A stretch of 64,000 bases of DNA, from NCBI RefSeq assembly GCF_009834535.1, contig NC_045723.1, forward strand, positions 3,472,001 through 3,536,000, given 5' to 3'. A model generated the notes under the pieces. The model was not told the origin of the DNA. It ran no database searches and worked only from the letters and a program-made list of their open reading frames with translations. How positions within the stretch are numbered: position 1 is the first letter of the stretch; every line of letters begins with the position of its first letter. The translations under genes were made by a program, and so were the position numbers. The DNA is from Camelus ferus (lineage: Eukaryota). Of this stretch, positions 11,816 through 49,288 are shown piece by piece.

Positions 11816-11909
11816 GGGAGCGGGTATAGCTCAGTAGTAGAACACATGCTCAGCATGCACAAGGTCCTGGCTTCAATCCCCAGTACCTCCATTAAAAAAC
11901 AAACAAAAA
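11816..11909 (+). mobile_element. tRNA-Ala-derived SINE (camelid vic-1-like), short form
   Basis: gggagcgggtatagctcagtagtagaacacatgctcagcatgcacaaggtcctggcttcaatccccagtacctcca plus A tail; TSD aaaatggcattta / aaaaggcattta. Confidence 0.85.
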
Positions 11910-12014
11910 AAAAGGCATTTATATATGCAATTTATTCTGTGATGAAATCATTTCAACAAACTTTAAATCACAAGTAATATCAAGCTGTTCAGTACACTTC
12001 CCTTGCTGTCAAAA

Positions 12015-12434
12015 TGCTACCGACCAGGGCTCTTGGTCTTCTTGGTCTCCTTAATCAATAGAAACTGATAAGAGGCAAGACAAGAAATTCAAGGAAGGCT
12101 TTACTGGGACTCATGCTGCAGAACGAGGGGAGCTGGTCCCTTAAATGGGGTGAGGATAGGGGCAGGTCCAGGGGTTGGGCTGGAGGGGTGGCTTAGGTGG
12201 TCTGCCCACCCTCTTGGTGGTGCTGAGTGCAGGATCATGCTCATTGCCCTGCTTTTGCTCCTGACAGCTCATAAATGGCAGTTGGGTTTTTGGTCTTTTT
12301 GTATCTTGTTGTACATAATTCGCCCCAACTGTGCATGTAGGCAGTTATTTTTAGTCCCTTATAGTTTCTTTGTATTCTGTTGCTGGAGGAGAGCAAGCCC
12401 TGCAGCAAAGGGTCCCAGGTTCAGGTCTGTCTTG
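12015..12434. mobile_element. Solo ERV LTR inserted in the Charlie fossil
   Basis: Begins TG (tgctaccgaccagggctcttgg) and ends ...ggtctgtcttg; flanked by 4-bp aaaa duplications (12011-12014, 12435-12438). Removing it rejoins transposon sequence tgtcaaaa|gataaaacaa. Confidence 0.65.
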
Positions 12435-12779
12435 AAAAGATAAAACAAGATGTCCCTTCCCACATAAATCTGCAGCACATTTATTTTCTGAGCTCTAACT
12501 ACAGATCCTGCAGAGTTTGTCAGCCATCAGTGCAAGTGGAAAGGACAGTTCCATATTTCAAAATCCATTTAACTTTGTCACTGAGGCTCTTCCATGTAAT
12601 CTTCAATTAGAAGTGATTAATCTGCAATGTCATGACACACTAAAAGGCAAATATCAAGAAAAGGATCTAATTATATAAGAATGAATATGCTCCACTAAAA
12701 TTGTACACTTGTGAATTAATATATCAATATTTGGCAGTAACTATCTGTATTGAAAAATATTTTCAAAGAAGTAATATGT

Positions 12780-12915
12780 TACTGTACAACACGAGGCATG
12801 TAGCTAATATTTTATAATAATTATAAGTGGAATATAACTTTTAACATTGTGAATCACTGTGCTATAAACCTGAAACTTATATAATAGTGCACATCAACTA
12901 TACCTCAACAGCAAA
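12780..12915 (+). mobile_element. L1 3' end fragment nested in the Charlie fossil
   Basis: attgtgaatcactgtgctataaacctgaaacttatataatagtgcacatcaactatacctcaa is a typical L1 3' terminus. Confidence 0.65.
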
Positions 12916-13359
12916 AGAAGAATATGTAATATCTCATTACAGATCAGCACTAACATGAAATTTGCAATCAGTTTGGATGATAGGAAACACTAACTTTGAG
13001 CCCCAGTTAAGTGACATTTTTTTAAAATTCCATTCTAAATAGGCAAATATTACTAAAAAAATTGCACTTGATTATTATTATATTTTGAATTTTGTCAAAA
13101 ATTTTGTGGAAATTTATTTTTCCTCTTGTTATATAAGCACTTACATAATATCCCTTGGCTGGCAACACTAGAATTTTACTGTCTGTCCATTTACAGAAAA
13201 AGTTAACTAACCTTTGTTTTTAAGCATCAAAATGTGCACAGTTCCCCCAAAATTTATTTTTAAAGTTTTATCTTTTCATAAAAATTATACACATTCATGA
13301 TAAAAATGTATACGGTATACAAGGACTAGAATAAAGAAGCTACCCTTAAAACCTCATGC

Positions 13360-13740
13360 AGAAGGAGGGAAGACCAGACTGAGGCCGAAGCTGTGATGGG
13401 CAGAGTCACAGCCGTCACTATTAGCCAGGGCAGGTGGGTCCTGTCCTGCATGTTGGGTCATTTGTGTGGTTTGAACAATGTCCATGTTTTGTCTGTGTCC
13501 AGACCTGGTTCAAGAGTGGTCTTGTTTTTGTCTTTTCCATCAGAGTCACGGGGTGGCCCTGATGGATGATGGTGCTGTTCAGTGAAGTTGTTTACGTCCA
13601 GCAGAACAGCAGGACCTAGCTGAGGGAGCCGGGCCTGCTCCCATTCTTGGGCATCAGGGGTGGGCATTTCCTTCTCAGTCTCCCCACTCCTGAGGATCTC
13701 AGGGCAGGGACGAGAAATGCATGCACTCTGAGGCATAGCA
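13360..13740 (-). mobile_element. Probable ERV1-type LTR fragment
   Basis: Reverse complement ...aaaaacaagaccactcttgaacc...acagacaaaacatggacattgttcaaaccacacaaatgacc resembles MER-type LTRs; family not assigned. Confidence 0.35.
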
Positions 13741-13767
13741 GCCTGTAGGGGCAGAACACATGCGAGA

Positions 13768-13933
13768 GGGGGAGGGTATAGCTTAGTGGTTAGAGCGCAT
13801 GCCTAACATGCACAAGGTCGTGAGTTCAATCCCCAATACCTCCATTAAAAAAAAAAAAAGAAAACCTAATTACCTCTCCCCAAAATAAAATTTTTAAAAA
13901 TAGTAATAATAATAATAAAAGAAAAAAAAAAAA
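13768..13933 (+). mobile_element. tRNA-Ala-derived SINE (vic-1-like), long form
   Basis: gggggagggtatagcttagtggttagagcgcatgcctaacatgcacaaggtcgtgagttcaatccccaatacctcca, A tract, aaacctaattacctctcccc segment, A-rich tail; degenerate TSD agaacacatgcgagag / agaacacaggtggagag. Confidence 0.88.
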
Positions 13934-14519
13934 GAACACAGGTGGAGAGGTATTGATGGAAAGTGAGAGAGAGTCCAGGGCAGAACCCCAAAGACTTTAG
14001 TCACAGAGCCATCAAGGAAGAGGAAAGCAAGTGAGAAATAGCCATTGAAAGAGGACCTGAGACTTGTTGACAAAGTTCAGTTCCAGAGTCCTTGGGTCAT
14101 GAAAGTCTCAGTGGACTAGGAGACGGAATCACCACGAGGAGCCATCTGGGTAGAAAGGGAGGACTGGAAGCTTGATGAGAGAGTGAAAGCTTGATTGTAG
14201 AAGTTGGGGTGGATGCCTGTAACTCAAAGCATTTACTCCAGACGATGCCATTGAAGTTGAACAATTGACTGTTTCCGTCAGTTCTCTCAGGCTGGGGAGC
14301 TCCAACTCAGGTCTGCCCTTTGACTAGCTTGGAAATCTTCACTGTGTGCCCTGAAATGTCCAAGGGAATGGAACTGCTGGTGGGGATTGAGAGCTGAATT
14401 AAGTGAGGCACTTTAACCTGAATAACAAACAGGAAGTGTATTTGTAATTATGTGAACACTGGTAGGCAATGACTCACTTAATATGTTCAACATTTATAAA
14501 ATGTATATTTTAAGACAGG

Positions 14520-14976
14520 ACAAGAAAATGTAGACAAAAAAATTCACTCTCTCTGTCTCCTTGGGCCTCCTCCCTCCCTCTTTAATGTGCTGGGTGCCTC
14601 TGAATTCTGCATTAACCATCTGCTCAGAGATGGGAATGCCTGCTTGACTTAAAGATCAGGGTTTTTTTCCCCCTTTATTTGATGCTGGCAATGTAACTTC
14701 AGAAAAGAACAGCATTCTTTCAAACTCTAGGGGGTCACAGGACTTGCTGCTTGCTTTGCAGGTGCTTACCTAAACTGTGTATCCTCGGTGAACTTTATGT
14801 AAAAATATCCATATGCCATTTTGACGTGTGATCCTTTGTCTCAAAAATATATATGACTGTGCCTTCAACTCCTAACAGGAGGAACAGGTCTCAGAGCTTT
14901 CTGAGAGTCTGTCTTCAGGGTTATAATTCTCAGTTTGGCTCAAATAAAATTCCCCTTTTTTCTTCTTAAAAAAAAA
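14520..14976 (+). mobile_element. ERV LTR-like fragment ending in an A tract
   Basis: aacaggtctcagagctttctgagagtctgtcttcagggttataattctcagtttggctcaaataaaattcc resembles the R region of artiodactyl ERV1 LTRs; AATAAA at 14943-14948, A9 at 14968-14976. Confidence 0.55.
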
Positions 14977-15214
14977 GAAGCAGCTAGCCTTACACCCAGA
15001 AATGAGTGTTACAGATTCTAGACGTGATTTGTGTCAGTATTTCAAAAAATATGCCCCTTTTAACACTAGTTGCCCAAGCTGACCCTCAAAAAGAGGATTT
15101 GTATCATGTTTCTTGGTAACATTTTAACAACTAAGATGCAAAACGTGATCATTTGGAAAAGTTTGGAAAATACAGAAAAGTTTTAAAACTCAGGTTAAAA
15201 AATCACCTTTAACT

Positions 15215-15660
15215 CTGTGGTATCAGTTAGGATGCCTCAGTAGGGGTGATGGCATACTCATGCTGGGTAATTGAGGAAAATTTAATAAAGGGACAAAAGG
15301 TTTCAGGGTTCGGGGAAAAACTACAAGGGATGGCTGCTGTTCCTGGAGCCAGCCACCTCTGGTAAAGGTTAAGAGGAGGGAGTGATTTGTTTCTAGAACT
15401 TGGAGAGGGTAACTACATGGAGAGAATGTCTGGTAAGAAAAGGTGGTCTTCAGTTGGGAGGATGAAGTCCTGGGACCCTTTAGGAAAAGAGCTGAGTTCT
15501 CTCAAGAACCATTTCCTGCTGATGTCTCCTCCCATTGGCCAAAACCAACTGGTAGCCAGAGGACAAGGGAGCCCTTTGAATCAGTTCTTCTAGGTCAGCT
15601 CCCTGGAGCACAGAGCAGGGAGGAGAAAGGGGGGAGAGGGTCTACAGGGGCATACGGAGA
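15215..15660. mobile_element. MaLR (MLT1-like) LTR fragment
   Basis: cctcccattggccaaaaccaactggtagccagaggacaagggagccc...ggtcagctccctggagcacagagcaggg is characteristic of MLT1 LTRs. Confidence 0.55.
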
Positions 15661-15759
15661 AGATGCACATGTCGCGGCCAAAGGTTGTCTCAAACAAGTG
15701 CCAGTCTGTGAATTCACACTCAGAGATATGCTGCCTCAGCTACATACATACAAATGAAA

Positions 15760-16290
15760 CCATACCCTATACCCTACAGCTCAAGGCCCATAAGGTAGAA
15801 ACAAGATAGAAACAAAGATCACCAAGCTTGTTTTGCAGCGCACCAGAGAAACCGCAGATATGGAAACAACTGGCTGACAGCCCCTCCGACTGAGAACTGT
15901 GCAGGTGCACTGAGGGACCAGAATGACTAATAGTGAACATCGGCTGTCACAGGCGAAAATCTACTGTGTGTTACATATGAACCTCCCCCGCCCCAGATTG
16001 CACAGTGCAACCCGCCGTGGAGAGGCATGAAGGACAATGGCACCTGCGCAGAGCACTCTTGAAACTTACATTGAAAGTTAAACTTACTTTCCACCGATCA
16101 TTTTGGAGCTCCCTCTATAACTCCCCATTTCCAGAACAAACATTCCACTCAACAGCCATGGGAGAGACTGATTCAAGCTTTGCCTCCTGTCTCCTTGCTT
16201 GGCTTCTCTGCCGTAAAGTTTTTTTTTTTTTTCTGCGAAAGACCGTTGCATCAGTATTTGGTTTTTCCCTGCCCAGCAGGCAATGAGCCA
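15760..16290 (+). mobile_element. Probable ERV1-type LTR fragment
   Basis: gggagagactgattcaagctttgcctcctgtctccttgc...catcagtatttgg...gcaggcaatgagccatttg resembles an LTR R/U5 region. Confidence 0.45.
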
Positions 16291-16914
16291 TTTGCCTTCT
16301 TACACAAACACATTTGAATCCCCACTCTTAAGACCAGATTTGGGCCCACTGTGCTACTGTTCTCCTCTAAGAAGAATCAGAATTCCTAGGAGGATGTCCA
16401 TCTGTCAGAACACCCAGAAAGTGAGGCGAGCCCAGAACATCTTGCTGACCTTAGAAAGTGAGGGAGCGGTTCTTAGACTGTCTCAGGTGATGTTAGAAAA
16501 AGTGCAAAGATGCCACACAGAGAGGACTCCCACTGCTGGAGTGAACAGCAGATTATGCATGAAAAGATAATTATGATTATTGGGATAAGCTGAGCCATAG
16601 GTCTGTGAAGATATTTTTTTAAATGATACACAAACCACAAAGGTTTTATAAAAGGGTCTTGTGCTACAGCCATGTATTTCCAATATGTTTACCAAAATTA
16701 ATCAAATCACTACATAAATCATACACTCATGTTTTGGTCATACATAAAACACATAAAAACATAGAAATATACTGTGAATATGAAAACAGAATGTGTAAAT
16801 CTACAGTAATACGGAAAATACTGCATAATAAGTGAAGGGGCAAAAAAAGGTTACATCTTTCCAGCGGGGATGCAAGTTGGTGGGGGTTGGGGGGGAAAGA
16901 GCACGAGAACCCAG

Positions 16915-17080
16915 GTCTCAGAGCCCTGTCTCGCCGCCTGCTAACTGGGGCCTGGAAAGTTCTGAACCTCCCAGAGCCTCAGCTGCCTCATCTGATTAAC
17001 ACGATGATGAAAGTCCTTCCCTTTTAAGGTTGGTGTGCAGATTAAATGACCTCATATATTTAAAGCACCTTGCTCACAGA
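16915..17080 (+). mobile_element. MIR SINE
   Basis: gagcctcagctgcctcatctg...gtgcagattaaatgacc MIR core. Confidence 0.55.
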
Positions 17081-19384
17081 TTGCTCACCCACCCCTCCTG
17101 GGTGTTGATATCTGTCACCTGTGTTCACATTACAAAATATGGCCCTTACCACACACATCTGCAACTTGGTTAGTTGGGTTATCTATTGGTTTGTCTAATG
17201 AAATTCAGAGACACTTATGAGCAAAGACTAAAATTAGACCTAGTCTGGTTGTGCCACAGCTACGTGTTTGGGAATGAATGAATGGAATGAACAAATGACT
17301 ATAAAGAAATGCAAAAAAAAAAAAAAAAAAGGCTAGCATAAAGTCAGGAAAGTGGTTACCTCTAGGGGAGGAGGGGAACAATTGGAGGCCCCTAAGGGCT
17401 GTCTGAGGCGCTAGGAGGCTGGGCACCTTGGCACGTTGGTCTCTGGTGGAACGAGCATCCCAGGCCTTCCCTGTGCCTGCGCTCAGCTGCCTGTGTCTGC
17501 CTCCGAGGAGAGCTTATGCCTGGTGATCCTCCTCACACCGCAGTCATGAGTGCAGGGCCGGTGTTGTGTCCGTGCTTGCTGGCTTATTAAGAAATGGGTT
17601 GGATACACAGTTGGGAGGGCTAGGGTGCCTCAGGAAAAAATGACTAGAGCTTGGGACTTGGCCTTCAACCCAACTGCAGTCTGGGCTAGGGGAGATGAAC
17701 AGGCAGGGGCTTAGAGCTGCCAAGATGAAACAAAATCAGAGCCCAGAGAGGAAGGTAGGAAGGCATGCAGTATGAGGCGGGGCAGGTTGGTTTTTTTTCA
17801 AGGCTCCACTCTGCCATGAGATCAGATGGAATGGCACGGTGGGGAGCGGGAAGTCTCACAGGGGATCTGCTCAGTATAAGCAGGAGATTCAACTTGTCAC
17901 AAGAATCTGTCCTCTATTCTGTGGCAGAAGCCAGCCCTCAAAACTGCAAGCCACCAGCCACCTGGCTGGGATGGATCCATCACGGAACAAGCATGAGCTG
18001 TGCCTTGACACGTGACTGCCTTGCAGGGAGTCTACACTTCTCTGATTATAATAGAGTTATAGTATTTCCTTTTTAAAAGAGCACATGGCAATCTCCAGAC
18101 CAAAATGAATTCTCAGTCCCTGCATATCGGTCACCTGGTGGGGCCACATACTCAGTCTAACAACATTCCGGTACAGCCCCCTGACCTACAGCCACACTGC
18201 TGGATACACCTAGTCCTGGTGAACTTATCCTCTGTGAGGGCTGGAGTTTGGGGACGAGACAACAGTCATTCAGAACAAATCTGCTGTGGGGAAGGGCCAT
18301 CAGGTTCAGTAAGACCATTTGGGATAAGAAAAGGATATGACAAAGAATGAGGCAGTCTTCCTGTGTTTGAGTCACAAACTGCCTCTAAACACAAGTGTTT
18401 CATGAATGCTTTTGAGAACTGCAGCTCTGTGGCCTTTATACTGTTTCCTGGCATAGTTCTAGGTGCCCAGCAACCTTATGGAGAAGGTTAAACCATCTCT
18501 GTTGCACAGGAGATGCACCTGAGGCACAGGGTCACTAAGAACTCACCTAAGGTTGCACAGCTAGTAAGGGGTGAAGCTGGGATTCCATGCTTTTAATCAC
18601 TACATCAAACTGCCTCTTGGTTGAAACAAGGGCATTGCTTCCTAAGGTGAAGACCTGGAAGGTGACAAAGGTTTTTTTAGAAACATACACCAGATGAATG
18701 AACTAGAAAATCAATTTTGTCGCTACAAGCTTCATAACTAAAGCTACATATATAGTTCTATATATAGATAAATAAATACAGTTAAACATATAAAATCTGT
18801 CTGGTTTGCTAATGCAGCCCTGGAACCTAGTGCTGTGATGGGCATATAGGAGACAATAAATTTTGCTAAATGCAGTGAGTAAATGAAAACAATAGTTCAA
18901 AGTGTGCATTACTGGGTGAACTGATGTTCTAGGCAAATAGAGAGGGAGGTACCATTTATTGAATCCCTCCTCCATGTAGGACATTGTGTTTCTTGGAGTC
19001 ATTTGATTTAGCCTCTCTCTAACCCTATATGGTGTATATTCAGTCCTAGGTCAAGAGACATTTCACCATCCAATATGCAAGGTACTAAGGGGCCTTTGGG
19101 TGACCCAGCACTCCTCTTTCCCAGCCCCAAGAATTCAGGCAACCCAAGAGGTTCCTAGACAGAGTCCCTCTGTGTTTAACCCCCCTTTCTAATGTTCTGT
19201 AACCCCTGCCCATGCATCAGGTGCACCTAATCTCCTCCACCTCCGGCAATGGCCTCCAGCTGTACTCTCTGTCTCTGCCCCAGCTCTCAACTCTCCCTCG
19301 GTCCATCTTACCAAGCACTGTGGGAATCACTTCCCAAAGCCCAGCTCCATGAGAAAACCCCTGTACGGAAAGTCTGGAAGGAGA

Positions 19385-19560
19385 TACCTGGCTTTGAGGC
19401 AGGTGAGGCTGGGCAAGTCGGTTATCTTCTCTGGGCCTCAATTTCTTTCTTGGTAAAATGGGGGCAGTCATTATATTACATAGGGCTTTACGGGGATTAA
19501 ATGAGATAATGTATGCTAAAGTGGTACTTTGCAAATGCTTGCCATGTGATAATTAGTATG
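19385..19560 (+). mobile_element. MIR SINE
   Basis: ctgggcctcaatttctttcttggtaaaatggggg...ggggattaaatgagataatgtatgctaaagtg. Confidence 0.65.
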
Positions 19561-20445
19561 TTTTTTGGGCTTAATCTACATGTTGATCCCTCTAATCAAA
19601 CACCTGTGATAAAGTTGCAAAAAACAAAACCTCCCAAACCAGAAATCTGCTCTGGCTTCCTATTGTTAGCTTTTACAATGGCATCATTTTTTCCCCAAAA
19701 GATTCTAAGTTGTATCCAGTTGTATCCAGTTGTTTACATTTGCCCTGCACTCAGCTGAAGGGAGCTCTCAGTGCTTCCTGGAACATGCTTCTGTCTTCCC
19801 ATCTTTGTTCTTTTGCTTTTTCTTTGTCCCCCTGAAATCTCTCCACTCCCTGCCTCTGCTTAAGTCCCAGCCAGCCTTTTTACATCATAACTGCAAAGCC
19901 CTATTTGGGCTCTTAGGTCAGAAGTGACTTCTCTGATCTCCCAACGCCCCCTTGTGGCACTGACTGGGTTCTGCTTTCTAATTGCAGCTATTTATATGTT
20001 TTATTTCTCCTAACTTCTTTAATTTCTACTAACTTCTCAAGGGTTCTAATTGCATCTCCTTTTCCTCTGTGTCCCTAAGAGTGCTCATGGAGTTTGGTGC
20101 ACATATAAATATTTGAGAGGTAACTAAATGAAGTGATAGGTCTTCAGATACAGAAATGCAGGGCCCAGAAGCCTGCATCCGCTTGTGTCCAGGTCCAGAG
20201 TTAGGGAACAGTGAATCTTGAAGGTCGTCTTTGGAGAAAGGCAGCACAATGGGGCACACATAGACTGGAACAAGACTAAATCTGAACCCAACTAGGTAAT
20301 TAATGTCCCCTCCAAGGGTCTGTGCCTGTCAGGGTGCTCCCAGGTCCTTCAGTTTCCTGGGGAGAATCCTGTTTTTAAATTAGAAAAAAAAACTTTATTG
20401 AGACGTAATTTATATACCATACAATTCTTCCATTTAAAACTTACA

Positions 20446-20656
20446 ACAGATTTTTTCTGTATAGACAAGGAACTAAACTCAATACCCTGTAGTAACCTAT
20501 AATGAAAAAGAATATGTAAACGAATATATGTATGTGTATATATGACTGAAACATGATGCTGTACACCAGAAATTGACATTGTAAACTGACCATACTTCAA
20601 TAAAATAAATAATTAAATAAAATTCTGAGAATGTAAAAAAATAATAAAATAAAAAA
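20446..20656 (+). mobile_element. Young L1 3' end inserted in the opposite orientation inside the old L1
   Basis: caataccctgtagtaacctataatgaaaaagaatat...gctgtacaccagaaattgacattgtaaactgaccatacttcaataaaa plus A-rich tail; TSD taaaacttaca (20435-20445) / taaaagttaca (20657-20667). Confidence 0.75.
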
Positions 20657-20999
20657 TAAAAGTTACAGTTCAGTGGTTTTTGATTTGTATTCAGAGTTGT
20701 GCACCAGTTACCACAGTCTAATTTTAGAATATTTTCATCACCCCAACAAGAAAACTTGTTTCCACTAGTAGTTACCCGCAAACCCTCCTCTCCTACACCC
20801 CCCCATCACTCTCTCACCTTCTCTACCCTCACCGCACTGGCAAACAATCTACTTTCTGCCTCGATTGATTTGCCTATTAATGGATGTGTGTATTCACTTA
20901 TCAGTTGATGGGCTTTTGGGTTGTTTCCACTTTTTGACATTTCATATAAATGGAATCACACAACATATGGTCTTTCATGACTGGCTTCTTCCTTTTCTT

Positions 21000-21345
21000 A
21001 AAATAATTAAACAAGGAAGCCATTAGACTGAGGTGGTTCTAATACCTTATCAGCCTACTTCAGCAAATCAAACCTAAGACTGAAATGCCCCAAGGTTAAA
21101 TGAAAACCCAAGGAAAACGAATCACAAACAGCCAACTGAGCTTTTCCAAGTAAGGCAAACGCTTAAGGTATAGCAATCAAATAATTTCCTTCCTTTGCTT
21201 CTGCATTTTTTTCTACTAAAGTCTTTCTTCCAGTTTTGGTCAGTGCAGTGCTCCCAGCCCCTTCTGGTTTGGTGCTGCATGATTTGGATTGGTTTTTGTT
21301 CAAATGAACTCTTAAAAATTTGACATGCCTCAGAGTATCCTGTAA
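21000..21345 (+). mobile_element. LTR-like insertion within the old L1
   Basis: Non-L1 block (aaccagcc-like box, gcttctggtttggtgctgc...gttcaaatgaactcttaaaaattt) splitting otherwise collinear L1 3' UTR sequence. Confidence 0.5.
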
Positions 21346-23132
21346 CACATTTAATATGTTTTTGAGATTAATCTATGTTGTAGCATGTGTCAGTACTTCA
21401 TTGGTTTTTGTGGCAGAATGATAATCCACTATACGGATATGCCACAGTTTGTGTATCCATTCATCAGTGGATGGACATTTGGGTTGCTTCCACTTTGGGG
21501 ATATGATGAATAGCGCTTTTACAAACATCTGTCTATGAGATTTCGTGTAGACATACGTATTTTCAATTCTCCGGGTAGACAGATCCCTAGGAGTAGAATT
21601 GTTGGGTCAAATGAAAACTGTTCAACTTTTTGAGGAACTGCCAAACTATTTTCCAAAGTGGTGGCACCATTTTACATCGTCACCAGCAATGTATGAGATT
21701 TCCAATGTCTCCATACTCTTGCAACACTTGTTATTGTCCATCCTTATTGTAGTCATCCTAGTGTGTGTGAAACAGTGTCTCAGTGTGGTTTTGACTTGCA
21801 TTTCCCTTATTACTGATGGTATTGAGCATCTTCTCATGTACTTATGGACCATGTATAGTTTTCTCTAGAGGAATGTCTATTCAAATCCTTTGCCTATTGT
21901 ATAATTGGGTTATTTGTTTTCTTATCATTGACTCGTAAAGGTTCTTTAAATCATTTTGGATACTAGTCCTTTATCAGTCCTTTCACCTTCCTGATAGTAT
22001 TCTTTGAAGCACAAACATTTTTAATTTTGATTAAGTCTGATTTATCTTTTTTCCTTTGTCGTTTGTGCTTTTGGTGTCGTGTGTAAGAATCCATTGCCTA
22101 ACCAAGGTCATGAAGATTAACCCCTAGGTCTTCCCATAAGAATTGAACTGTTTTAGCTCTTACATTTAAGTCTAAGACACATTTTGAGTTAATTTTTGTG
22201 TACGGTATGAGGTAGGGGGTGCAAATTCATCCTTTTGCATGTGAATATCCAGTTGTTCCAGCACTGTTTGGTAAAAGAAAAACTTTTCTTTCCTCATCAC
22301 ATTGTCTGTATTCTTGTCAAAAATCAATTGCCCATATGGGTTTATTTCTGGATTCTCAATTCTATTCCACTGATTTGTATGTTTATCTCTCTTTTAGTCT
22401 TATAATAAATTGGCTCAAGCCTCATTCTACATGTTATGAAGAGAACAGCATCTCCCCAGTGCCAGGGGTCTGGGAATTCACAAGTGCACATTTCCCTCTT
22501 TACCTCTTGTACCAATTCCTTGCTTTCATTGAATTTTCTCTCAGGTCTGAGTCTTGTCTTTTATAACCGAGCTCTTTACATTCCATTTCAACCTTCCCTG
22601 GACACCACCTCCATTCTTGCATCCCCTAGAGTACCACAAACAAAACAGTGTGTGGCAGACTCCCACTCAGAATTTGAGTAAATGAACGGAGAATCTTGCA
22701 AAGCTCATATGGGCGGCAACTTACAAAAATTTTAAACACCACTAACACAAAATGCATCAGCCAGTCTCTGTAATAGGAAATTTTTCTTTGCTTGTGGCTT
22801 CTTTAGGTTCTGGCTAATTGTCATCTTTCTGGGGTCTCTCACTTCCTGGGTACCTTTCTGTTCCCCTTCTACATGCCAGCCTCCAACCCTCACACCTCCT
22901 TTTCTTACGTAGGGCACTTTAGTTCTCTCCTTGACTTGCCTTCACCAAGATCCCCCACCCCAAGCTTCACCCTCTGCAGTAAGATCGTGGCAAGCATTTG
23001 GGAGCAAAAAGGAGTTTCCCAGTTGCCCAGAACGAGGGTTTTGGAGGCATGAGTTTTAGGTGGGACGGGTAGGAAACTGCTTTCTTTCAACTGTTTAATA
23101 TAAAGAAAAACCCGAAGGAAGAAAGCACGCAT

Positions 23133-23154
23133 ACACACACACACACACACACAC
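23133..23154. repeat. (AC)11 microsatellite
   Basis: Perfect AC run about 490 bp upstream of the SNRNP200 ATG. Confidence 0.95.
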
Positions 23155-23641
23155 CCTTTAAACCCTCGTTAGATGCTTCAGTTTCCTCAGTCGGAAATGG
23201 GGCTCCTTAGCCCCTCCTTGCCTGCATAGTTCACAGGACTGTTACCAGAGGAAGAAGCGGGTAGAAAAGGGCTTGGAACAGGATAGGGGCCTAAGCAGAC
23301 CTACGTTTCGCTATGGTGAAGAACCCTGGGGGCCGAAGGCTGGAGCTGGAGGTGGGGGAGAGTACGGGCGGTGTATCCGGAACCATTTTGAGAGAGTCCG
23401 GGGATTCAACCGGTCCAGTCCGTCGAGCCCACAAGATCTTAGGCAAGCGGAGCGTATTCACCAGAGTACGCCCCGCCCACACTTCCGGCGCGCGACCCGG
23501 AAGCGGAAAGGAACCCGTCTCTTTCTCTCTCCAGTGCGTCTCTCCTGCGTTGTTCCGGCGCGGCGGGAGTTGAGAGTCACAGCCGTTGGTAGCGTGTATT
23601 TCGGGGGAGCGGCGCTCTGAGACCCCCGAGCAGTCGCAGCC

Positions 23642-49044
<25,403 letters not shown>

Positions 49045-49288
49045 GACATTTGCTCATACAGAGGGGAGGGTTAAACCTGAATTAGGAACATGTACGTTGT
49101 ATGGGACCTCAGTAGGGGAGACCTGGTCTGGCCTGTTGGTGCTGGCCCACCCCCACCGTTTTTCCTTCTGGCTCCCGTGCCATCCATTCTGTCGATCTAG
49201 TGTCTGCGGGTGTCCTGTAGCTTGTCGAGCATAAACGTGTACAGCATTTGTAGGCATGTTCTTTGTAGTTCCTTTTGAGTCACATTCT

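Larger units (their letters stand above)
10470..13215 (+). mobile_element. hAT/Charlie-family DNA transposon fossil with decayed transposase and nested insertions
   Basis: ORF remnant 11461-11733 (HHIIHWQ...VVSVVNFVHSYGLKDHHF...AEYPDLPYHTAV) resembles the Charlie/GTF2IRD2-type transposase pattern HCIIH...VNFIR.RGLNHRQF...EY.DL.YHT.VRW. The right end ccatttacagaaaaagttaactaacc resembles Charlie/MER58 termini. Confidence 0.8.
20355..22380 (-). mobile_element. Old L1 (L1M-type) 3' UTR and ORF2 C-terminal region, interrupted by younger insertions
   Basis: ORF track 21646-21852(-) MRRCSIPSVIREMQVKTTLRHCFTHTRMT... is the L1 ORF2 C-terminus; flanks match antisense L1 3' UTR (ccattcatcagtggatggacatttgggttg). 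Confidence 0.85.

Noticed and set aside
11816-11890. tRNA-Ala-like sequences (also 13768 and 61585) as tRNA genes
   Set aside because: Mismatched stems, A tails and target-site duplications identify them as SINE copies.
19708-19735. Short tandem duplication ttgtatccag x2
   Set aside because: A 10-bp slippage duplication with no array structure; no CRISPR-like or satellite arrays were seen anywhere in the window.
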